DNA of 20,000 nucleotides from Ancylonema sp. (Eukaryota), in the NCBI GenBank assembly GCA_050230475.1, contig JBFLGF010000208.1, positions 56,804-76,803 of the forward strand, given 5' to 3'. Positions 1 to 8,547 of this stretch are shown in pieces. A program made the translations under genes and the position numbers. The notes under the pieces were generated by a model that was given only the letters and a program-made list of their open reading frames with translations, did not search any database and had not been told where the DNA came from. Every line of letters begins with the position of its first letter. Position 1 is the stretch's first letter.

Positions 1-500
1 AGTACTTCAAGTTGCAGAAGCTTGATGCCATGGAAAGACAGACTGCACGGAGGGCATAGAGGGTGGTACAACTTGAGGAAGCTAGGATTGTTGCAGCCCA
101 AGCTGTCATTGCTGCTAGGGTGGCGGCTGAAAGGGTTGCAGCCGAAGCTGTCCTTGCTGCTGCTGTGGCGGCAGAAAGGGCTGCTGCCACCGTGCAAGCA
201 TCGCCGATGTCTGTAGCTTCTTCTGACGCCTTAGACGCAGCTGATAGGGCTAGGGCTAGAAGAATGGCAGATGTGGCAGCAAGAGTGAGCAGCGGCACAG
301 ATCAGGGGACACATGTGCTGGTAGATGTGTCATCTGGTGATGACAAAGAAGATGAGCCTGTTGGTTCCCTGGCCGAACTAACGGAGTTTGCAGACGCTCT
401 TAATGTTATGGCAGCAGCTCTGGGAGAGGATGAGGAAGAGGAGTACGATATAGGATTGCCTGATACGTACAGTAACCCACCCACTACAGAGGTCTTGTAA
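1..500 (+). pseudogene. 3' part of an intronless Ala/Glu-rich ORF with an acidic C-terminus; probably a transposon accessory gene, interrupted by TAG at 57-59
   Basis: Frame open from 3 (YFKLQKLDAMERQTARRA*RVVQLEEARIVAAQ...EDEEEEYDIGLPDTYSNPPTTEVL*) with one internal stop. Protein-like composition; no recognisable domain. Confidence 0.35.
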
Positions 501-685
501 TTATGACAGCTGAAGTAGCTTTATACTGGCATGATGAAATGGACTGTGTAATGAAGAATGATGTGTGAATGCAAGGTGCAATATGATGACGAAAGAGGGA
601 AATAATTGACTATGACGTTATTTTTTGTTTATTTTTGCAGATATAAATCTTAACAACTTCCCAAAACAACCAAAAGAACTTTAAA

Positions 686-1769
686 ATGCAGAACAAGGAG
701 CTCCTGCTGTACCAACTTGTGGAGCACCACAAGGTGTGGAGGTCTCTGCAAGAACGCATTCGGGCGTGTGAGTTTGCTCTGGAGACACGGGTGAAGGACG
801 AGGCGGCACTGGAAGCGCTCTCTACTCTTTACGCATACCCGGTATTCGACATGGCTGAGATGAGGGACCGCCTCATCGTCATCGTCAGAGAGGCGAGAAG
901 ACGTGTGCGCCCATGCTGGACCCCAGATGGGGAAATTGAGGAGCTTTACCGCGAATTTGGGGCCGTGGGAGTTGCCCTGCAAGGAGGGGAGGCAGTTGTT
1001 GGAGGGGGGGGGAAGTGGGGGAGGAGGGGCTGTTGTTGGAGGGTAGGGAGGTGTGATGGGAGGGGAAATTGTTGGAGGGGAGGGTGGTGTGGGAGTGGGT
1101 GGGTACCTCTTCACAGGTGTCGGGACATCGGACTCTTTGGAGGAAGCGGAGGGCGGCGTTGATGGCAGGGGAGGCCAACGTGGCGTAGGAGAGAGGAGAG
1201 AAGGGAGGGGGGGTGGCACTAATGAAGGAAGGGGAGGAAGTGGGAGTGGAAGAGGAGGGTACTGTAGGATGCCAAGGGGGACGGATTCCTACCGTATTAG
1301 CCTCGCCGGTCCACAGCCCCGGGGATATGGGGTACATCGTATACTTGCAGGTGTACGTACAGGTGGTATGGCGGCAGGGGATGTGGGGGTGAGTGAAGGG
1401 AAGGGAGGAGGAGGGAGTGGAAGAGGGGGGTACTGTAGGATGCCAGGGGGGACGGATTCCTATCGTATCAGCCTAGCTGGTCCACTACCGCGTGGATACA
1501 GAGGTGTACCTGTAGGTGGGGGTTCTGGTGCGGCGTCAGGTGGTGTGGTTGCAGGAGGTGTGGCTGCAGGAGGTGTGACAGGGGTGGGTGAGGGAAGTGG
1601 GGGGCCGGTGCCAGGAGAGAGGGAGGCCAATGAGGCAGAGGCAAGGGACGAGGCTGAGTTTTCACGGTTGGTAAGGGATGAACTCAGAGAAGCAAGGGCG
1701 GCAGAGCTGGATGGGCGACCTATGCCTAGGCGTGTGAAACGGTGCGCACGGAAGAGCACAGGGCGTTGA
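686..1769 (+). pseudogene. Disrupted ~360-codon ORF: helical N-terminal domain, Gly-rich/RGG linker with a duplicated 36-aa motif, C-terminal histone-H3-like ARKSTG motif; likely TE accessory gene
   Basis: ORFs 686-1162 and 1053-1769 join via a frameshift in the G9 run at 1004-1012 plus a TAG at 1044-1046, where the sibling repeat has GAG. ATG 686 is preceded by an acceptor-like TTTTTGCAG ending at 640. The internal repeat shows 7 synonymous vs 2 replacement codon changes. Confidence 0.55.
1221..1499 (+). repeat. 108-bp direct repeat (1221-1328 and 1392-1499) encoding xEGxGGxGSGRGGYCRMPxGTDSYRISLAGPxPRGY
   Basis: Direct alignment of the two copies, offset 171 nt (in frame). Confidence 0.9.
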
Positions 1770-2042
1770 GTGACTGGGGTAAGTGTGAACAGAGAGTATT
1801 TAATTTAATCAAATTTCTATGCGTCATGACTACATCTGATTTGTGTTGTGTATGGTGGTGGGGCAGATCAGAGAGGAGTATAAGCGGTATGGAGATTGGA
1901 GAGTTGTGTTTGGGATGGTGTTGCGTGCATTAGATTAATTGCATAGAGACTTGGATTTCATGTGTACGCGAGACGATTTGCATCATTTTCGATGATTTTT
2001 TATTACATCTGCATAATTACACATGTGTGTGATGATTGTATA

Positions 2043-2166
2043 ATGCAACTTGAGATGTACGCAAACACAGATACAACTGCTATTATACACCTGTGCATGA
2101 TGAATGCAACATGCATCTTGAGATGTATGCAATAACTGAAACAACTACATATATACACATGTGCAT
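2043..2166. repeat. Degenerate ~56-bp direct repeat (2043-2098 / 2111-2166)
   Basis: atgcaacttgagatgtacgcaa...tatacacctgtgcat vs atgcatcttgagatgtatgcaa...tatacacatgtgcat. Confidence 0.65.
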
Positions 2167-2623
2167 ATCTGAAATAGAGCATATTCTAAACACACAGCAG
2201 CATTGCTGGCTTCCGCCATTGATCGCACGTGATACATAAAGGACAGGAGGTATCTATCACTTATTTGTCTCTATCGGAATATATTCGCAGGACATCGCAC
2301 CTTCTTACGTGTGTGTCTATGTTACAGTGTATCTTGAGTGCAGCAAGTGATGTGTTCCTTTGTCTGCTCAGTCACGTGCTGCCTGTACGCCTAGTGTCAG
2401 AGTCTGGCGAATATGGTGCCGTAAATGGCGGCGCGATCATCCCCCTTGGCTAACTAAGGCCTTCGGTCGTTAATTGAAACTTAAGGACCCGTAATACGTC
2501 CTGACAAGACATGTGTTTAAAAGTCTAACTTCGTTCACTACCCACTCATGTGCCAAACATGGCTAAATGACCGCAAATGCCGTAATGCTTTAATTCTATC
2601 GCACATTTCTTTCGATGTTATAG

Positions 2624-2745
2624 GCGCATTTCACCGTATAAGCACCTTTCACTATATAAGCATAATAAACCGAATTAAGCGCATTTCACTTAATCAGGCA
2701 TATTCTCTTCGTATAAGCCACGACTCTCACCGTATAAGCCCACGA
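2624..2745. repeat. Tandem array of ~6 degenerate 18-21-bp units (consensus about GCATTTCACCGTATAA), TE subterminal-like
   Basis: Units gcatttcaccgtataa, gcacctttcactatataa, gcataataaaccgaattaa, gcatttcacttaatcag, gcatattctcttcgtataa, gccacgactctcaccgtataa. Confidence 0.55.
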
Positions 2746-4755
2746 GTGTTTCTTGTCCGACAGCGCCTTTCTTGCATTCAGTGTGCATTGTTGTCGCGTT
2801 GTATGCACCCTGGCTGGTACATGCATGAGATCTTTGATTTCGAATCGTACGAAATCGGATAATTTGGCGATCGATGGAGCTTACGGCAAAATTCGGAGTA
2901 TCTGCACACATTAGAGTTTCGAACACTCACGTTCAGAAACTCAAGCAATACCTTGCGTTGGGTTAATCTTCCCTCTGAAACGATAAAGTTCACGCTTTGA
3001 GCCCAAAACAGCAAAGTTCAGAAAATCAGCCGAAAATCAGGAAAAAAACAGATTTTTAGTAAATTGTCAAGTGAGTCGCTAGCGGTGACAGTTTGTCAGC
3101 TGCAGTAGATAGACTTCCAAGAACCCGATCCGCCCTGAAACCAAACTTCCTGTATCATCCACTACTAGCTACTTTCCATCCTGCTCTCAATTGCTTGGGG
3201 ACATGTTTATTTAGGGTTTTCCTTGGATTCATGGCCAATTTCCCCTAAATTTTTGCAGCCGAAATTTTGCCAACAGACATGGCAGGTCTATACGTTGGTG
3301 GAGCTTAACAACGTACTTTCGAGAAAGAATGTCCAAAGGGACACCCACCGGCATCTTTTGATGGGCGTCACTCAATTCGAGTATCTCTGCGAACTGGGTA
3401 CGCAATTGAAGCAACGCTCGGTCTTAGATAGCCACCCAGGCAAATGGAATTTCGATAATATGGAGAATCCCAACTATGAGGAGACGGTCAGACGGGAAAC
3501 TGATTGGGACGTGTGGCGAACATGGTACAAGAGCCTTTGTCGTGCCATCTATCATCCTCTACTCCCACACGTGCAATGCCACCGCACTAACGAACATATC
3601 GACACTTGTCTCCCCACACGTGTGGCCACACCTAACAACGAACGTCACCTCACACGTGCGAATCCGAGCGTGTGGATTAATTCTCTCTTCACATGCCGGG
3701 TGTCTAACGAATACTTCTCTCTCCATCATCTACACCATCGAGTGTAAGCGCACAACCCGTACACTTCCACTCCACCATGTAGTTCGCCTTTAAGTCACAA
3801 CAAGGATCCGATACGTAGAGCGATACGACCCGGTATGGTGCAGAATGCATAGGTGTAAAGAACGTCACTCGGTCGCAACTGGCGACCGAATGAGGTCAAA
3901 TGATACGGATAGGCAGTGCGGACTCAGATGGCTGGCGATATCCTAAAAGCGGTTTGGTACAATTGACTAGATATGTCTGCAGGCTACCCGACAAGCGCCT
4001 ATTTTTGAATGCCAATAGTCTAGTATGGCACAACCTATCGATGCTTCAAATGTGCTTGTACAAGTGGTCATGTCATACCGACAAATAATGGCTCGTGTTC
4101 TATTACTAAATGTGCCCAATTCGTATCAAGCGAACAAACACATCCCCCCTCGCACAAGACACTCTTTACACGCAAGGTGGTGCGCGCACGTGTCAGCTTA
4201 TTTGGCCTGACAATGTGCAATCGTGTGAATATGCCTGAATTGTAACATTTATCAATACATTTATATTATTGGAAACGATAGCATCCCTATTCCACATCAA
4301 TATGTAGGTGCTTGTTGCTATAAAAACCTCCGAGCAAAGCCATGGGAAAATGCCCAAAGATGGCTTGTCGAATGTCACGATCGAATACGGTGGGCAATTC
4401 TAGCAATGATATGCTACTCCATAGCTAGAGCAAATGAAATCCTCAAAGGAAGGGGTGGGCAATGACAATGAATGTTGTAAATGTCACTTCCACTATCGTC
4501 CATGATTCATTTCCTACCTAAGCTAGAAGGTAAGGCTAATGATTGATCAATCTTCTCACCTCTTCCACCCATACCTATCTGGAAGTTGATTTAGTTCTTG
4601 CCATTAAGAGAATACCTCGCCCCTCCCGTGGGTCATTTCAAGTACTTAGCCTAATGATTGGCATAACTGCTGGTTATCAAATTATTGTGTCACTTCAATG
4701 ATGTTTTGTTGGATTTATCAGATTTCTTTCAGACCATTTTTTGGAATTTTCCTAC

Positions 4756-7233
4756 TTACAATTCGTTTCCTTCACTGCCCTCAATTCTATCCTCCCCAAT
4801 ACTCGTCCCTTGCTTTACTCCAAACGCGTCTGCAAAATGTCGCCCGACAGCACGTTGCTCTTCTTCCGTCATGCTCCAAACCCTTTTGCGCTCCTCAGCC
4901 TGCACGTCACAAGTCGTACTCTGATCTTTCATTCCCTCACCGCTCTCTTCCATCGATTCATAAAAAAACAGCTTTTCAAATATGAATCCCTCGACCAAAA
5001 TGTTTAAGGCATTCCCAGTACATGTTTGAGACATTTCACACATTTTGTATGTGTCCTGAATATCCGATACGTGTTCCGATACGTCTTTCTACCGACCAGC
5101 GACCACCACACTACCCACATTCAGAAAAGAGGGTTTTCCCAGATGGTCACCCATTCACGAATTGGCGCCAGTCGTTCCTTGAGCGCCTGAATGCGTGGCT
5201 GCATTGCCTCCTGCCCCTTCTCAGGGATGTCCTCCAGCTGTCACTCCCACAGCTGAGCCACGCATGAGGCGTGCACACAACTCCCACCTCTTTGCAGACA
5301 CGATGACTCGAAGGAGTTGGAGGAAATTTGGGGATATTGAGAAAGTTGAAAACGCTGAAAAATCTGAGGGAGTTGAGGGAGTTGAGGGGGTTGTGTGGGA
5401 GGGGTGGGAGGGGTGGGAGGGGTGGGAGCTTGCCTGGTGCACTCCCATGCTCTTGCAGGCCAGCACTACGGCTAGAATTCCTCCCCCGTACACCAAGATG
5501 GTGGCGGCACCAAAGGCCTTGGACACTGCGGGAGGAGGCGAGGTCAGACAAGAGTACAGAAATTCGGTTTCGAAGCATGTGATGTGATGGGGTATGGGGC
5601 ATGGTCTACACCTGAGTGGTAGAATGGGAATGATTGTGAGGATTGGGGAGGATGGTGGTCACTCACCCAGACCCAGTCCCTTGACCAATGAGTGGACTTG
5701 CTTTGGGTCAGCCTTGCCTTGCCTCCTCTGGTTGGCAGAGGCAATGGTGCCCTGGTAGGGACCAGGCATGTCTACGGAGAACCTGTGCGGGAACAAATCG
5801 ATGTGAGCTGGCCAGCTACTGCTGAGGGGCTGTTGCTAAATGAAGAGAAGGAATTTGTGAAACAGAATTTGTGGAATGCCAGGTGGCCATCTGAGGGTGG
5901 TGTGGAGGCCAGGATGGTGTGTTCCTTTGGAAGATGACAAATTGATGAGGAAAATGGGGAATGGGGGGTGAGGTGATAGGAGGCAACAACTGTCTGGGCA
6001 AGTGGAATGAGAAGGTCATGGACTTTGGTCAATGATTTTCAAAAAGGTGATGGGACAAAGCTGCCCTCGGTTGTATCATCTGCCCCTGAAAGAATGGGAA
6101 ATCTACGTGTGAGACCTGCGATTAGCATTGTGTAAGAATGTATGCACCAGATACTGCTGGTCATGGCTTACTCACAGCCAGTATTCTCTTAATTATTCTT
6201 CTATGGATAGTGTCTTTTATGTTTCTTTTATGTACACACCTGCTCCTGCCGAGCTGTGCCTGAGGCACGTGACCATGAGGCACGTTGGCAGATCGCAGCA
6301 CAGCCTGTACTTCAGCCTTGCTTAGCTCTTCGAAGGGCCTCTTGCCCATGGATTCTCGCAAATATACAGTTTCGTGGGGAGCCGAAAGCCTGCGAGAGTG
6401 CTGCAAGATTTCTGGCAACATGTCCACTGCAGATTCATTGGAGGTATCCTGGGTGCCGGTTGCGGGGAGGCCTCCCTGCTTCTCCAGCTCCTTCCTGAGT
6501 CGAGCAGCCGCAAGTTCGCTTTCCTATCCTCCGCAAGAGATGCAATGGTGAAAGGGGAGGTGGGAGTGAGTAAAAACAGTATAAAGAAGTGAGTTTCTTG
6601 GAGGCTAACCGGACATGGCCCGCATGGGCGCAAAATTTCGCTGATTGCAGATTCGCATGAAGTTGGGGCCACTTTCTCAGAAGGTATGCATCATCCAAAA
6701 ATTGGCAAGTCGGACAGGATCACATGCCCACCTCTTTAAAGTATTTCCCCTCTGAAGCGCTCAGACGTCCGCCCAGAAAGGCCATTGCAGCTTACACGGG
6801 GGAAAATCATGCGAATCGCGGGTTTCAAATAAAAAATAGACACAAAGGAGCAGCGCACTTTTGGAGTCCCAGATATGCCTTGGCGGGTTCTCAGGCCTCA
6901 GTAAACCAAACTGTTGGACCAGCTGTGCAGAAGCAACGAATTCAGCTGGTAATAGTGAGCATTTTAAAATGAGTCCATCGGATTGTCACGTATCTGAATG
7001 GAACTTCTAGTAACACTTGTTAGGTGCTGTGTTGAATCAAATTAGGTTCAGGGACTTCTCACGACATTATGAATTTACGTCTTTCCTTCTGGACGTGCGA
7101 CAACGGTTGCTAGAAGATCAGAAGGCGCAGACAGCAGGAGGAGATAACAGGGAACGAGAGGAAGGGTGTGGTTGAACAGATTCATGGAGGGAGGAAGCCC
7201 AAGCTCCTGTTTAGCTGACCTCATACTTGTCAT
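4756..7233 (-). CDS. Conserved plant-lineage membrane protein of unknown function (~255 aa), C-terminal half TMEM242/Aim11-like
   Basis: Exons in transcript order: 7233-7220 and 7109-7079 (both tentative), 6523-6240, 5782-5667, 5525-5434, 5237-5151, 4899-4756. Total 768 nt, all phases compatible. Product includes ESELAAARLRKELEKQGGLP, RPFEELSKAEV, VSKAFGAATILVYGGGILAVVLACKSMGVHQLEDIPEKGQEAMQPRIQALKERLAPIREWAEERKRVW, which resembles a remembered land-plant uncharacterised family (KAFAxATxxVFG...DDIRTKG...QP...LVPLRTWAE). Alternative first exon 6810-6796 (MIFPR). Confidence 0.75.
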
Positions 7234-7499
7234 AATGACGTCACCCACATCAATCCAGGAAGACGCCGCTATAGCGACACTGCAGACGTTGTTAAATTCG
7301 GTCTGCTGGATTAAAGTTTTGAATTTTGCCGGTCGTTCTGCCAGCTACTGGACCTCAGTTCGAACGAATGTCGGTACAGCTCTACAGCACTCCAGCTGGC
7401 GGTTGCAGCTGAGCTCTGTGTGGTCATGTCCTCCACATGAGCCCCGATACCAATTTGCGCGGCCTGTGAGTGTCTCAAATTTCATGCAGAGCTGAGAGG

Positions 7500-8478
7500 A
7501 TGGGAGTAGGGGCGACATTAGGGGCTGCCTTGGCTCTGCTGTCACTCGTTTACCTTGCTGCTTGCATCCTTCTCTTTCATACCTGGCAGTTACCGGCTGT
7601 ACATTTGCCATTCCAGGAATCAGATGAGATTCTAGCGAATTTTAACGCTACTTGTCTCACCTGTAAGCATTGATTTTTTCTTCAATTATGGCACTGGCAG
7701 TGTCTATCCATTTTAGCAGACTCTGAGCTGAATTAAAGCGAACATGCACTCCTCATTGAACAGAGTCGACAGAAACGCATTCGCGTTGCGGTGGCTTACA
7801 ATACATATTTTTCCTTGGTGACTTAGTTTCAAATACTATTATGTTTATTCGCAGCCTGTGTAACATGCATATGCCTGGTCTTTCCCAACCTTGGCTCAAA
7901 TTTGAATCCCTCCGAATTAATTCGATTCGATTTGAAAACACTGCTGCTCTCTGTCCCCCCGACTCATCGTCGGCCATGCCTCCCATGCCGTGTCATGTCG
8001 CCTGTAACAGATGCTTGCCCAGTGCTAGGCGAGGGGTTCTTCTTTGGTCTCGCCACAGCTCCTGCTCATGTGGAGGATGACCTGGAAGACACGTGGGTCG
8101 ACTTCGCTCGGGGAAGCAAAGGAAAGACAAAGGGGAGCAGGGTGAGCAAAGAGTGTGCAGAGCCATGTTGCCCTCACTGGGTTTCCATTTGCATGGGTTC
8201 ACACATGGAATGGAATCATTAACGTTGTTCATGATTCCGTTTATCAATACACCACCTTTTTGTCTCCTCTATCCTATTCAAATTCCCATTGTCATGAATA
8301 TCAATGACGATCGTCGTTTTACTATGTATGATCATTATCAAACTTCTCTTTTATGGATATTATTTTGAATGATTATTTCACACATGTCACTGTCATATCA
8401 TCATAACCATCATGGTTATGAGCTATCGCAATTATCGATACTTGTAGATTATTGTCGTCATCATCTTATCATCATCAC

Positions 8479-8547
<69 letters not shown>

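Noticed and set aside
650..1759. Pro-rich minus-strand ORFs
   Set aside because: Antisense shadows of the G-rich plus-strand ORF, whose frame is supported by synonymous bias.
2395..2506. TGTCAG...CTGACA pair resembling a solo LTR
   Set aside because: Only 112 bp, with no target-site duplication and no convincing PBS, PPT or pol remnant.
7166..7495. Possible uORF ending 4 nt before the SFR2 ATG
   Set aside because: No recognisable peptide; it overlaps the putative first exon and promoter of the opposite-strand gene, so it is probably not within the SFR2 5'UTR.
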